DNA of 64,000 nucleotides from Octopus vulgaris (Eukaryota). Position numbers and translations under genes: made by a program. The stretch spans positions 27,714,001 through 27,778,000 of the forward strand of contig OX597827.1 in NCBI GenBank assembly GCA_951406725.2, in the 5' to 3' direction. How positions within the stretch are numbered: position 1 is the first letter of the stretch; every line of letters begins with the position of its first letter. Under the pieces are notes generated by a model. That model had not been told where the DNA came from and did no database searches. It was given only the letters and a program-made list of their open reading frames with translations. This document shows positions 1 to 13,853 of this stretch, piece after piece.

Positions 1-102
1 TATGTATACGCATGTGTGTATATATCTACATGCAGACACATACACATATGCACACAATCTGTCTGGTCCTGCTCTTTCATGTGTTTGTATGTGTGTATAT
101 GC

Positions 103-161
<59 letters not shown>

Positions 162-340
162 TGTATATATGTATATATATGTATATAGATATATATACAT
201 ATACATGATTACATACATATGTACATGCGTATATATATATGTATGTGTATATATATATACATATATACATATATATATACATACATATATATACATCCAT
301 ATATACGTATGCGCACATACACACGTATACTACATACATA
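1..340. repeat. Compound (TA)n/(CA)n/(TATG)n microsatellite
   Basis: Dinucleotide runs seen directly; the overlapping ORFs are YI/CV/HT artefacts. Confidence 0.9.
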
Positions 341-715
341 ATGCGACAGAAAATCGGGAGAGAGAAAAATGAAAGATAAAAATATAATAGAGAGAGAGAG
401 ACAAAGAGAGACAGAGAGGTGGCGAGAGACTGAGGGAGACAGGGAGAGACAGAGAAAGGGTGAAGAGAGAGTGAAAGAGAGACGCATGAGATAAATAAGA
501 TAGACAGTGAGAAGGCAAGATCACTTATCACCTATACTCAAGGGAAATCAAGAAACATGTTACCAACGAAGAAATATTAACTGAGTTTTTCAATACCAAC
601 TTATGATTCACTAGAAATCCGCAAAACAACATCAAGAATTCACTTTTAAAATTTCTTCTTCATCTTCCATCAGACCTTCGCTAGCAGCTTCTTTCACAAA
701 GCAAATCGTCGTCGT

Positions 716-901
716 CTTCTTCTTCTTCTTCTTCTTCTTCTTCTTCTTCTTCTTCTTCTTCTTCTTCTTCTTCTTCTTCTTCTTTTTCTTTTTCTTTTTC
801 TTTTTCTTTTTCTTTTTCTTTTTCTTTTTCTTCTTCTTCTTCTTCTTCTTCTTCTTCTTCTTCTTCTTCTTCTTCTTCTTCTTCTTCTTCTTCTTCTTCT
901 T
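716..901. repeat. (TTC)n tract with an internal (TTTTTC)n segment
   Basis: Seen directly; it produces the poly-K ORF 632..922. Confidence 0.95.
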
Positions 902-1215
902 GTCCTCCTCGCTCACCTTCACATTAGTTCACTCTCTTCCTTCCATCCATCCATCCTTCCTTCCTTCCTTCCTTCCTTCCTTCCTTCCCCCTACCACACC
1001 TTCCCCCTACCACACCATTCTGTCAGCCCCCTATCTTCTTATCTATCTTGCACACCAAATATATATATATATATATACAGAGATTCATTCTTTGAGTGAG
1101 AATATGTGTGTGTGTGTGTGTGTGTGTGCGTGCGCGCGTGTGTGTATGTGCGAGAGTGTGTGTGTATATCTGACGTTCACTCTAAGTTATCTAAATTCCA
1201 ATCAAACATACAAAC

Positions 1216-1246
<31 letters not shown>

Positions 1247-1440
1247 TGTGTGTGTGTACATATATGTATATGTATGTGTATACATACATGCATACAAACA
1301 CACACACATATTTATATGTACACACATATATATATATATGTATATATACATACATATATGTATATATATATATATATATATATACATATATATAAATGTA
1401 TATATACATACATGTGTGTATATATATACATATATATATG

Positions 1441-1477
<37 letters not shown>

Positions 1478-1577
1478 ATAAAACACGTTCACTCGCTTCA
1501 ATTATACTTAGGAAATAAACAACTGCGCATACAAATTTGCATTAATTTCAATTAAAACCAGTAAATGTATTATACAT

Positions 1578-1794
<217 letters not shown>

Positions 1795-1930
1795 AATGTA
1801 TGTATATATATATAGAAAATAGTAAAAAGTGAAAAAACTACAGAAGGCTTGTTTTAAAAGGTTAAAAAATATATTTGAGTCATTATGTCCGAAGAATGTT
1901 ATAAAAATTTTTTATACATTGACATTTTTG

Positions 1931-1968
1931 AAGAAATTATCGGTTTCGTGTTAACTTTTCAAATTCTC
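1931..1968 (-). ncRNA. Degenerate minimal hammerhead motif (U3-A8 core) in the Penelope pLTR
   Basis: Minus strand: gagaat-UUGAAAA-g ttaaca c-GAAAC cg AUA-atttctt; homologous to 46294..46332. Confidence 0.4.
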
Positions 1969-2099
1969 AAAACATCGTGTTATATCTTCGTCATCAAGTA
2001 TAAAGAAGAGTTCCAGGTAAGGGGAGGTAATAAGTGATTTCTTCCGGTGTAAGGGAGATAATCGCTTTATATTTCTTGTCCCTTTTATTTAATAGGGTG

Positions 2100-4200
2100 A
2101 GTTTCTCTGTATAAGAATGTGGTTAAGAGTGGTTAAGTTTGGGCTTATATTTTTCAATGAAGAATGTTTCCTTGTTTAATCTAATTTGTGTTGGTGTTCC
2201 AATAGCACATTGATAAAGTGGAAAGATTAAAAATTGTGGTAGTAGTTGCTTTGCGCATTTCTCAATATGCTCACTAAAGGGTATCATTCTGTATTCTGGG
2301 AATGCAATCAGTTGTCGATGCAGTGTTTTGGTGGCAGCCCGAGCATCTTATGACATAAATTATGTTTTCAGAAGCACAAGTAAAATTAGATTTGATCTTG
2401 AATTTTTGTCCCTCTTTGAAGAGGAATTCTGATCCTTCTAGAAGGTTTGGGCATGTTGCGCAGTTTGGTCTACTACATTTTTTTACTTTTGCATCCGTAA
2501 TTTCAGAAAATAATTTTGCCTTTGTGAGAGAATTTGTTTTTAAGTATGTTTAGAATTTCCTTTAATTTGGGGTCCTTATGAAGTATTGGTAAATTCTGGG
2601 TGATGATGGAGAAGGCTTCTTTGTTTCTGGGGTTGTATGTGGATATGTAAGGCAGTATTTTCGGGGAAGGTGTGTTGTTGTGTTGAACTTTTCTCAAAGT
2701 TTCTATGTCGATTTCTGTTGCACGTCTGATCCCATCCTCTATGAGTTGAGCTGGGTAGTGTCTGTCAATAAGGGTCTTTTTGAGTTCTTGTAGCCTAAAG
2801 TTCCTGGTATTTTGTTCTGACACTATTGTGCATATCCTTCTTGCAAGGTTGAAAGGGATGTTTGTTTTAGTGTGTTTTGGGTGGCATGAATCAAAAAGTA
2901 GGTATTGTTTAGCGTCTGTGGCTTTGTAAAAAATGTCTGTTTCTATTTTAAGGTTAATTTTTTAAATTAGTATATCTAAGAATGGAAGCTCCTTTTGGTT
3001 GTATTCCATTGTGAACTGTATATTTGGGTTGATGCTGTTCAATAGGTTTTTGAATTTTAGGAGTTTATCTGTGTTTTCATTCCAGAGTATAAAACAATCG
3101 TCCAGGAATCGTTTTCAATTCTCTTTTATGTATTGAGAGAGGGGGTTTCCAAAGGTCGATAAAGATTCCTGGTAAACAATTATTTCCAGGTAGCCCATTG
3201 TTAGGTTCGCAATGACTGGTGCTGCCATAATTATGAGGTATACTGGTATATAAATTAACTACATCAAATGAAACCATGATTGTTTCTTCCTTGACTTTTT
3301 TTGGAAGGTGGTTTAACATATCCAAGTCATCTCTGATATGACTATCGATATTTTAAGGAAGGGTTTCAGGAGGATGTCCATAAATAGACTTAATCTGTGT
3401 GTTTCACAGGTTGGGCCAGCAACAATGGGTCGTAGTTTTAGGTCCCCCGGGTTAGGTGTGTGTATGTATGACTTTGGTGATTTTTTAATGGTTTCATTTA
3501 TAATTTGGCTTTTATGTATTTTTGGCAGGCCATAGAAGAGGCTAGGCTTGCATTTAAAGTTTGTCAGAAAGTCAATCTCTTTGGTTGTTAGTTCCTTTTC
3601 ATGGGTTTTAATTAGTGAAGATAGAGTTTTCATTATTTTTTGCGGGGTGTAGCTGGTAATTTTTTCATAATGTTGATTGTCATCAAGCAAGGAAATTACA
3701 AGATTTCTATAGTATGATGTATCCATTATTACAACTGCACTTCCTTTGTCTGCTTCCTTAATGGTTATATCTTCATCATTTTGAAGTTCTATCAGTTCCT
3801 TCCATTGTGTAGTGTTAAAATTTGAGTTAACTGTTTGTTTATGTATAGTATGGTAGGGAAAGTTCTCAATGTGGCTGCAGAACTCGTCAAGATCTTTATT
3901 TCTTCCTCTGTGGTGGATGTGTTCACTTTTGTTCTTGACTAGTGATTCATCTTCAGTATTGAAACTGGATGATGCTTCTGCTAGTCTTAATTTTCTGCAA
4001 AATTCTGTTATATTATCCTTGATTTCATTTAGGTTGGCTTGCGTGGAATTGGCGTAAATTTTAGCCCTTTTGAGAGGATGTCAATTTTTATGTTAGAGAG
4101 AGGTTTGGTTGAAAGGTTGATTATCTTCGGTTTTTCCTTATTACTAGGTTCCAGCCTGTGTCCTGGTGTCTCTGATCCCGGGCTAAAAAATGTTGGGTGT
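2100..4200 (-). pseudogene. Penelope-type RT/GIY-YIG polyprotein, frameshifted and internally deleted
   Basis: ORFs 3313..3726, 3077..3325 and 2503..2823 are consecutive pieces. The RT jumps from SIPHNYG to MAAPVIANL, implying a deletion, and part of the GIY-YIG is missing relative to 45705..46184. Confidence 0.85.
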
Positions 4201-4886
4201 AATTTTGTTTGTATGAGTTGTCTGTGAGGTTGTGTGATATTGGTTCGGGGGAACGGTGGTATTATTGCCTCCGATTGTTGTGTGTGTGTGGGAATCTATG
4301 GTTGTTTTCGTTTGTGGTGTGTGTAAAATATTCGTATGTGATATATTTTTGTTTCGAATTGCTTGTATGTGGGATGTTGCTTGACTTAGTGGGGTTTTTT
4401 TTGCGTTTGTCTTGTGTTCGGTGGAGACTAGTAATTATGGTGCATGGGGTAGTAGCGACTTGTGTGTGGTGTAGTTATTATTCTAGTGTTATTTTGTGCT
4501 GTTATGTGGTGGTTGGGTCTGGTATTAGGATGTTGTTGGTGTGTTCTGTTCTTGGTGTAATCTATTTCATAGACGCGTTGTCTGTCAGCTTGTTCCCTGT
4601 TAAGTCTTGCGTGGTTCAAAAATGTTGGTTGTGGGTGATTTCTGTTTCTAGTGTATGCAGGATAGTTGGGGGTGGTTTGTGGGTTGTTCGGTTTTTCTTT
4701 TTTATTTTTTGTAATTTTCTTAAGAAAGGGATTTATGTCACTGTATAAAAGAAATTTTATAACATTCTTCTGACATAATGACTCAAATATATTTTTTAAC
4801 CTTTTAAAACAAGCCTTCTGTAGTTTTTTCACTTTTTACTATTTTCTATATATTCAACCACGTGCTTTTACACACCAACTTTCTCA

Positions 4887-4926
<40 letters not shown>

Positions 4927-5040
4927 TACATATACATATGTGTGTATGAGAGTACACGCAAGTCAGATATATATGAGTGTGTGTGTGTGTGCATGTACAT
5001 TTCCACATACACGCATACGCATACGCACACACACACACAA

Positions 5041-5081
<41 letters not shown>

Positions 5082-5087
5082 CATACA

Positions 5088-5165
<78 letters not shown>

Positions 5166-5175
<10 letters not shown>

Positions 5176-5535
5176 TATTAGAGACAAAACCACTATTTTG
5201 CAAAACAAACAAGGAAAGACTTAATCAATACATAAAATTTTAATAAATAGTCAAAAAAACCGCCACTACAATCGTTTCTTGTCTTGATCGACAATCTTCA
5301 GGTGGACTTCAATAATTCAGTTTCAAATTATAAAGATTGTCGATCAAGACAAGAAACGATTGTAGTGGCGGTTTTTTTGACTATTTATTGAAATTTTATG
5401 TATTGATTAAGTCTTTCCTTGTTTGTTTTGCAAAATAGTGGTTTTGTCTCTAATAATATTTTATAATATTTTACTATAAAATTGGATTTAATCCTAAATC
5501 TGATTTTTTTCCCTGTAAATTTGGATTTATTCCCT
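5166..5535. mobile_element. Palindromic pLTR-only Penelope-like insertion
   Basis: About 130-bp inverted arms (about 5166-5298 and 5333-5464) with a spacer of about 35 bp. The right arm continues into an extra tail. Embedded in (TA)n and carries a hammerhead. Confidence 0.75.
5263..5305 (-). ncRNA. Minimal type I hammerhead ribozyme with canonical core
   Basis: Minus strand: ccac-CUGAAGA-ttgtc gatcaa gacaa-GAAAC gatt GUA-gtgg. Stems I, II and III all pair and the cleavage triplet is GUA. Confidence 0.8.
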
Positions 5536-5543
5536 AATATTTA

Positions 5544-5596
<53 letters not shown>

Positions 5597-5653
5597 CATA
5601 TATATACAGATACATATATATATACATACATCTATATATATATAATATATATA

Positions 5654-5704
<51 letters not shown>

Positions 5705-5739
5705 ACATGCACACACATTCACACATACTATGGATGCTT

Positions 5740-6212
5740 TATGCTAGTTTTACGCCTACTTTGTCACGGTACACAAGAGAATATGGTATATTCCACAGGT
5801 TTGCCATGAGGTTTTATGACGTACCTTTTTAAAAATAAAATCTTAGAATATTAATAAAAACAAAATTACTTGAGGCTGTCTTTTTTTCAAGTGCAGTATC
5901 AGTGCATATATATTAACACACCTGTGTTGCACTTGGATATGCAGCAATGCAGATCCTGTTTGCATTTTTCTGCTTTGAAAGCATTTCGGTGACACGTATA
6001 CTACATCAAAGGGACATCATCTTAATTGTTCCAATCACAGCTTTACGGCTTTCGTGTATTTTCGATCATTTTCTGGTACCTGTCTTATTCGTCGGCAATA
6101 TTTTTGGACATTGAAATCAAACAATTTGTTTCATCAGATTGTTTTTAACCTTTTTCCCATACTCGGGTCAATCCCTTCGTTAATCTGGCCATATAAACTG
6201 TGTCAATCATTA
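5740..6212 (-). mobile_element. Possible decayed piggyBac-like transposase C-terminus
   Basis: Minus-frame peptide YTCHRNAFKAEKCKQDLHCCISKCNTGVLIYMH*YC resembles a C-terminal Cys-rich domain; weak. Confidence 0.25.
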
Positions 6213-6218
6213 TATATA

Positions 6219-6265
<47 letters not shown>

Positions 6266-6899
6266 CCTCCCCCACCTCCCTCTCTCTGTATATATAAATA
6301 TAAATACATACATATATCTATGTGTGTTTATATATATATATATATATACTCAAACTGAAGCGTAATAAACTAGTGGCAGCGCAAATTGTAGAATAATAAA
6401 TAAAGTGAATATCTCTTGTGTGGAGAATGGAATGAGAACATTCTACAGGTTCGGTTCGATAGTCGAAGAATATTTAATGTGATGGTTAGTTATATATTCT
6501 TCGTTGGCTATTCACAATGTTGGATAGGATGCGTGTGAAGACAATGACCACACTTAAATTTAATTGAGTTTTCCAATATTTTATTAACCGGCATCGTTTA
6601 TATTTACAAGTGTAAATCCAATAAATTAATGGAACAAAGTCCAGCGAGCATAACGGTTAGGAATATTCTGTATTACAACTTGCTGCTTAATATTATGGAA
6701 GAAGTGCAAGGAATTTAAATCACAGCTTATAAATTAATGTGCGTTGCTCAGCGCTACAAATTAAGATTGGCGCCTTTTGTTGAGTACAACATAAGCATGT
6801 TACGTAAGAAAGATAAAAGAATGGCAGAGACCAACTTGCTGAGCCAATTGACATAGATTCTTCTAGATGTTTGGGTGACTATTTGGCCTGAGGTTGAAT

Positions 6900-7760
6900 T
6901 TCCCGGTTTTTATAGCTATAAGCTACCCTTCAAGAAAGGTCGGCAAAACAGTTTAGAGGTAAAATTCTCACCCTTCCTCGGAAGTTTGCCGCGTCAATTA
7001 TTAGTTAGCCGGTGTTGAATGGTCAGCGATTGGCGTTAATGGTTTTATGACGGTATTTTTCTATTTAAAGAGAATCATTGGACGGTGGTCCTCGATTAAG
7101 AAAATCTGAAAGCTATGGTTTAATACTTTGCTAAGATCTCGCTTCAAATATTAAAGATAAAACAGGAACCTGAAGGTCTTTGCTGGATACAACAGAAGGA
7201 ATCTTGGCACTAAAACAACCGAGATGAGAACACTACTTCGAATATTATCTTTTAATTATCACAGATAATTTTAAAATACAAAAACAGTGGGGGGGAATGA
7301 TTGGGAGATATTCAAATTTGCCACTGACTGTATTGATTTCTCCAATCTCGGAGTGGGACCTGTAAAACCATGCTCAATTTTCTAACTAATCTTGATATCG
7401 GAAAGTGAATATATTTAAGGTTATTACAAGATTTCCAGTTCTATTTTCTTGTTTTGAAAACTTCTGAGAGTATCCACGCCACACGCTAATATTGAATGCC
7501 TACAAGACCTCAAAGGAATACTGGACAAATTTGATTAAAAATACAATTTATTTAGAGTAATCATGACATTAATTGTAGTAATTTTAATGTTTTTTGAGTA
7601 AGGCTCCATATTTATTTACTTTTATGAAGCACAACTTAAACCATCCTTTTGATGGTTTATACAACACTCCCCATTGAACCAATATCCTTGGTCCAACTGA
7701 AGACTGGCTTTTTAAAACAATTTATAAAAAATATTGTGAATTCATGTGAATTATTTTAGG
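6900..7760 (-). mobile_element. Possible very old pogo/Tigger-like transposase relic
   Basis: Minus-strand YKPSKGWFKL near 7635-7665 resembles the FKASxGWF motif; the rest is too decayed to confirm. Confidence 0.25.
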
Positions 7761-7775
7761 TATTACAAAAGCCAA

Positions 7776-7931
7776 GGCCGGGACTGCGTGGTAAATAGCT
7801 TGTTTAACAACCTCATGGTTCCGGGTTCAGTCCCACTGCGTGGCACCTTGGGCAAGTGTCTCCTACCATAGCCTCGGGCCGACCAAGCCTTATGAGTGGA
7901 TTTGGTAGATGGAAACTGAAAGAAACCCGCC

Positions 7932-8020
<89 letters not shown>

Positions 8021-8236
8021 TGTATGTTTGTGTGTCGCTGTTTGTCCCGACACCAACGCTTGACAACCGATATCGGTGTGTTGACGTCCCCGTAAATTAG
8101 CAGTTCGGCAAAAGAGACCGATAGAATAAGTACTAGGCTTACAAAAACATAAGTCCTGGCGTCGATTTGCTCGACTAAAGTCGGTGCTCAAGCATGGCCG
8201 TAGTCAAATGACTGAAACAAATAAAAGAAAAAGAAA
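7776..8236 (+). mobile_element. SINE family A, full length, with internal (TA)n(TG)n
   Basis: tRNA-like head, accttgggcaagtg (CORE-like start), ...gaaactgaaagaa, microsatellite, then a 3' half ending gactgaaacaaataaaaga. Confidence 0.85.
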
Positions 8237-9606
8237 ATATATATGTGTATGTATGTATGTATGTATGTATGTATGTATGTATGTATGTGTGTATGTATGC
8301 ATGTATGTATGTGTGTATGTATGTATGTATAGTGCCTTCACGTATTCCTCCACATGGCATAACAAGCTATATAAGAGGATGATAGAACAAGACAAAATAC
8401 GAGAAATACACACACAGACGCACACACACACACGCATGCACACACATACACACACACACGCTCACACACACATATATATTTATACACACATACATACATA
8501 AATATGTGTCTGGGTATATTCGTGTATGTATATGTGTAGTTATGTATGTACGTATGCATATCATAAATATATATATATACAACTTATAAACAAGGGCTAA
8601 AGAAAATGATTTCTATGCCAATATACTGATAACAGACTTTTAAATCAATTTCCACATATTATTTACTCGCAACAGAAAAGACGTAGAGCTGAAATCGAGG
8701 AAAGCCAGCCAATAGAATTTTTTTTAAAAATGTTCGTTATTTCTATATTGAATCAATTTCGGAATTAATCTCATAATAAATTTTTCCGCCTCAATAGAAA
8801 ATATGAAAAGAAATAAATGAAATACTTACATGCGTCCATGGAAAAAAGCCGAAGCAAAAATCATGAGTACATATAAGTACCCCAGATATATCTAAATATA
8901 AAATCGCTTGGTCAGCCTCAGCATACGTGTGAACTGTTTGCCACCACAGCTTATAGTGGTTACCAGTCCCTATAGCGAATAGTAATAAGTCTACTATTAA
9001 TATAGGATGAAGTTATGTTACAGAAAAAAAAAAATATATATATATACAAGAGCTAGCTCCTGTGGCGGGCTCTTCATTAGGCCTTGGGCCCAACCATGAC
9101 ACTTCGTGCTCTGAGTACATATCAAATTTATTATACTTAAACTATATTTTTAAGCAATGAACTATTTTCATCAGAACAACGATATAATTTGTCGACTTAT
9201 TGCAAAGCTGCATGATAAACAACAATAGCATCACCATCGCCTCCACATCTGCCATCAATACCTTCGACTTCACCGCCTAGCCCTCCACCACCATCACCAC
9301 TGCCTTTCACATCACTTACTCTCGCCGTCATCCCTAGCCGCCTCAGTTACCACCTCACCCTCATCATCATCACCGCCGCCTCCACCTCTATCGCAACTAC
9401 AGCTCATGCTATTTCTATCACCCCATTACCATCAGTGCTCAGTATGTTCGTTCAGTATGTTAGTTCAGTATGTATCTCTCACATACTCACTCTTTCTCTC
9501 TCTTTTAATATTACTCTCACTGCCACCATCAACATTACTACTTTTAATAAAAAACATCATCAGCTCTCCCTGAATTTCTTTGTCTCTCTAACTCTCCCTC
9601 CCTTTT

Positions 9607-9650
<44 letters not shown>

Positions 9651-9819
9651 TCATTCTCTCTCTCTCTCTCTTTGTCTTTGCCATCGCCCTCACCGTCTCT
9701 ATGCCTACTATTACTCACAAGTGTCATTGAATAGTTGTGAGAAAGGGGTCGAAGTGTGACAGTGACACACAGAAATTAGTTTTCACATTTATTATATTAG
9801 ATATACATGCTCTCTCTGC

Positions 9820-9945
<126 letters not shown>

Positions 9946-10370
9946 GTATGTTTATATGTATATTGCACTTTATGTGTATATCTACGTATCTTGTCTGCTG
10001 AAGATAAGGTAGGGCAATTTATGTACTGATAACTGATAATGTCAATTGAGACCGAAACACATTTCCACAATTGTCCTTTTCTTTTCAGACCACAGACTGT
10101 CATTTCTTTAATGGCATCTGTTTTAGATATTCTTTGTCAATTCGTTAGATTATATCGCTTCCTCATTTATATTTCTACCAACGGTTTGGTCTATCTTATG
10201 TATAAGGAGAGATAATTAAAAGGAATCAAGAATTTAATTTTTTTATGTTATTTAATATACTCCTCTTCAGCTATGCTGTCCAAGAGCCTGCTACTGGTAG
10301 TTCTGAGTTATGTATTTTGGTTCGTTTTAGTTTCATACATACATCATGAAGCTTATTTACATATGCATAG

Positions 10371-10532
10371 GTGCACGTGTGGCTGTGTGGAAAGAAGTTT
10401 GCTGCCCATCCACATAACCACATGGTTCTGCTTTCAGTCTCACTTTGTGGCAACTTTAGCAAGCGTCTTCTGCTATAGCCTTGGGCCGACCAAAGGCTTG
10501 TGGGTGGATTTAGTAGACGGAAATCTGTCGTG
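10371..10532 (+). mobile_element. SINE family A, 5' half
   Basis: Similar to 7776-7932. Confidence 0.7.
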
Positions 10533-10560
10533 TATATATATATATATTCATATATAATTA

Positions 10561-10996
<436 letters not shown>

Positions 10997-11084
10997 TATA
11001 TACGTATATATCTTTAGTCTTTAATCTTTAAATTGTTTCAGCATTAAACCTGTGGTCATGCTGGGGCACCACCGTTGACTGAGC

Positions 11085-11590
11085 TACACCATTATTTGAA
11101 ACCTCCTCTGATATGGATCATTTGATGAATGAGGGGGTTTGATACCGCTGCTCTCATATTTCCTGCCGTGAGATAGGTTCATCTGGAAACCGTGATGAGA
11201 GAAGATCCAGTTTTGTTTTGAACACACATCCACGCCATGCTGGTCTCTCAGGCATTTTGGAAGGATACTGAAGAGGTGTGGGCCCTTGAAACCCAACCTG
11301 TTGCAGTATCTGGTTCTGTATTTTGATAGGGATGCTGGGACCTTTGGCACCACCTAGTAGCGCCCTGTTCTGCAGTTTGAGTAATTTTCAATGCCAAAGT
11401 TAGGTACAAGGCCTTCCGGGATTTTCCAGATGTATATCACTGCATATCTTTCCTGCCTTCGTTCTAGTAAGACGAGTTTTAATTCTTTCAGTCTTTCCCA
11501 GTAGCTGATACGTTGCATTGAGATTTTCTCAGTGTAGCTTCCTTGAATTGCTTCGAGCTCCGCTGTTAATTTCATATTGTGTGGTGACCA
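11085..11590 (-). mobile_element. CR1-like LINE 3' fragment
   Basis: SYWERLKELKLVLLERRQERYAVIYIWKIPEGLVPN and YCNRLGFKGPHLFSILPKCLR; the same region recurs at 26465, 28686 and 43025. Confidence 0.75.
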
Positions 11591-11606
11591 TGTGTGTGTG
11601 TGTGTA

Positions 11607-11644
<38 letters not shown>

Positions 11645-11650
<6 letters not shown>

Positions 11651-11828
11651 TGTCGTTCATTACCGCTTGATAACTGGCGTCGTTGTGTTTACGTGCCCAT
11701 AACCTTGTGGTTCGGCAAAAAAAAAAAAAAAAAATAACGATAGAATAATACGAAGCTGGTGTCAATTCATTCGACTAAAAACTCTTGAAAGCCAATCTAA
11801 TGAGTGAAACAAGTAAAAGATAAAAGAT
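11645..11828 (+). mobile_element. SINE family A, 3' half
   Basis: Similar to 8030-8230. Confidence 0.65.
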
Positions 11829-12677
11829 ACACCACCTAACACAACCACACGGAACGTTTCGGGCCTCGTTTAAACGCGTTGCGTCATAGACTAACTTCCC
11901 GTTAATTTCGCAGTTGAAATCACGCCGAGAGATGACTTTCCTTTTCATCTTGGGTGTAGTGGGGTGCGATAAAAAGAAATATCATTGGTAAATTAGGGTA
12001 GGAGATGAGTTAGGGTCCATAGAAAAATGCTTGGCCTTTTACAAATGTTAGACATCTTTTATTAAATTAAAAACTAATCAATATTGTGATTAACATTTAA
12101 TCACATTAATTTTCCCTTATAATTATTAAAATTTATCTCTTTCACAATCGCGAACATTATAATTAAACTGGGAAAAAAACCACACACACACACACAAAAA
12201 AAAATGACAGAATAGAAACATAAATATATATCAACAGTTAGTCAGCAGAGTGGCTATCGTTTGGAATCAGACTTTGTGCTTCATACTGGAACAGCAACGA
12301 ATAAGTGGGGGTGGGGCATCCGAAAAAGAAAAGGATAATAAAGGAAAGTAAATAACCTGTGATAACCTCGATAACCTATCGATTTATTTTCTATAAGATT
12401 AGTTCGACGGGACAACAACGTGTCCCACCGTCCGTTCAATTATGGCCGCTGAATGATGTGGTTGGGGCTTACTCGATAAAACAAACCCAGTATTAATTAC
12501 ATCCTGCCGCTGCTGCCAGTCATCTCAACGAATTGTATTTACTCTGAATACAATGCTTTAAAGAATCATTCAATTCTCATCGATTTCTGTTCACATATTT
12601 ATATATATACGTATTTTTTTCTTTGTTTCAGGAACGATCTTAGATGTCGACATTATATTATATTTTTGTTGTTCCAA

Positions 12678-13300
12678 GGCGGCCACCTGGGGGAATCGTT
12701 ACCGTGCCGGATAAAATGCTAAGCTACATTTTGACTATCATTATGTTCTGAGTTCAAATTAAGTCGACGGGACCACTTTGCTTTTTATCCTTTCGCGTTC
12801 GGTAAAATAAGTAACAGTTGATCCCTGAGGTCGATGTGATCGTCTTAAACCCTCCCTTAAATTGCAGGCCTTGTGCCAAAAATTGAAGCCAGTATCATTA
12901 TCATTGTTGTAAGGCGGCGAGCTGGCAGAATTGTTAGCACGCTGGATGAAATGCTCAGTGGTATTTCGCCCATCGCTACATTCTGAGTTCAAATTCCGCC
13001 GAGGTTGGCTTTGCCTTTCATCTTTTCGGGGTCGATAAATTAAGTACCAGTTTTGTATTGAGGTCGATCTAATCGAGTGGACCCCTCAACCAAAATTTCA
13101 GGCCTTGTGCCCTATAATAGAAAGAGTAAAATGCTATGTAGCATTTCGTCCGTCTTTACGTTCTGAGTTCAAATTCCGTCAAAGTCCACTTTGTCATCCA
13201 TCATTTCTGAGTCGATAAAATAAGTAAAAATTGAGCACTGGACTCGATGTGAACGACTTAACCAATCCTCAAAATTGCTGGCCTTGAACTACAATTTGAA
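12678..13300 (+). mobile_element. Cluster of three SINE family B copies (about 12678-12893, 12912-13123, 13126-13300)
   Basis: ggcggcgagctggcagaa head, ttctgagttcaaattcc box B, tttcatcctttcggggtcgataaattaagtaccag body. Confidence 0.8.
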
Positions 13301-13369
13301 GTTATTGTTGATATTGTTGTTGATGGAACCTGTTGATATTTTCCACAGCATTTTTCTTCGAGTTTCCCA

Positions 13370-13695
13370 TACTTCTAGAGTAATATTTAATGGTGGCGGG
13401 AGCAAATATTAACCAAACGAAGGTGATGGGTTTGCAAATCCATACTTGCAGTGTCAGTTCCTACAACCAACCAGTGATACAGGGATGCTGGACGGACAGA
13501 CCAGTTAACTCGCTTAGATTTATGGTCTGGTTCGATCCAGACCTTCTGATAAATGGTTTCAGGGACGAAGTTATAAAAAAAGTACAGTATGTCACCTCAC
13601 CACAAATTGGCAGAGTGAAATTTAGAACAGAAGTAATGGACGTGAACATAGCTTCTTCTATATATTGCTTTCAAATTTTGGTCACAAGCCCAGCA
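13370..13695 (+). mobile_element. Old diverged Tx1-group ORF2 fragment
   Basis: VAGANINQTKVMGL...CWTDRPVNSLRFMVWFDPDL aligns by eye with VTGAKINREKSVGL...RWTDGPVELLGVWFGPDL of the LINE at about 23410-23570. Confidence 0.65.
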
Positions 13696-13699
13696 ATTA

Positions 13700-13853
13700 C
13701 GGTGGAGGGAGGCTAGTCGATTACATCGATGCCAGGGTTCAACTGGTACTTATTTTATCGACCCCGAAACGATGAAATGGACAATCGACCAAGCAGAGTT
13801 TGAACTCAGAATGTTAAAACTGGGTAAATGTTGCCAAGCATTTTGCCTGGCAT
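13700..13853 (-). mobile_element. SINE family B
   Basis: Reverse complement of the family B body (ggtacttattttatcgacccc...tttgaactcagaa). Confidence 0.7.

Larger units (their letters stand above)
1813..4890 (-). mobile_element. Penelope-like element (RT + GIY-YIG), degenerate, with an inverted terminal pLTR
   Basis: Minus-strand ORF pieces: ITIKEADKGSAVVIMD, FYGLPKIHK, LRPIVAG, SFDVVNLYTSIPH, RFLDDCFILW (about 3095-3110), LPFLDI, then CGRPNCATC and NIIYVIRC. Ends 1813-1925 and 4734-4849 are inverted repeats. Flanked by (TA)n. Confidence 0.9.

Noticed and set aside
4428-4832. 134-aa minus-strand ORF as a separate Penelope gene
   Set aside because: It starts inside the inverted terminal arm, crosses the inversion junction and has no recognisable domain.
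12612-12665. Splice-acceptor-like tttctttgtttcag as the start of a host exon
   Set aside because: No convincing reading frame or donor follows before a SINE begins.
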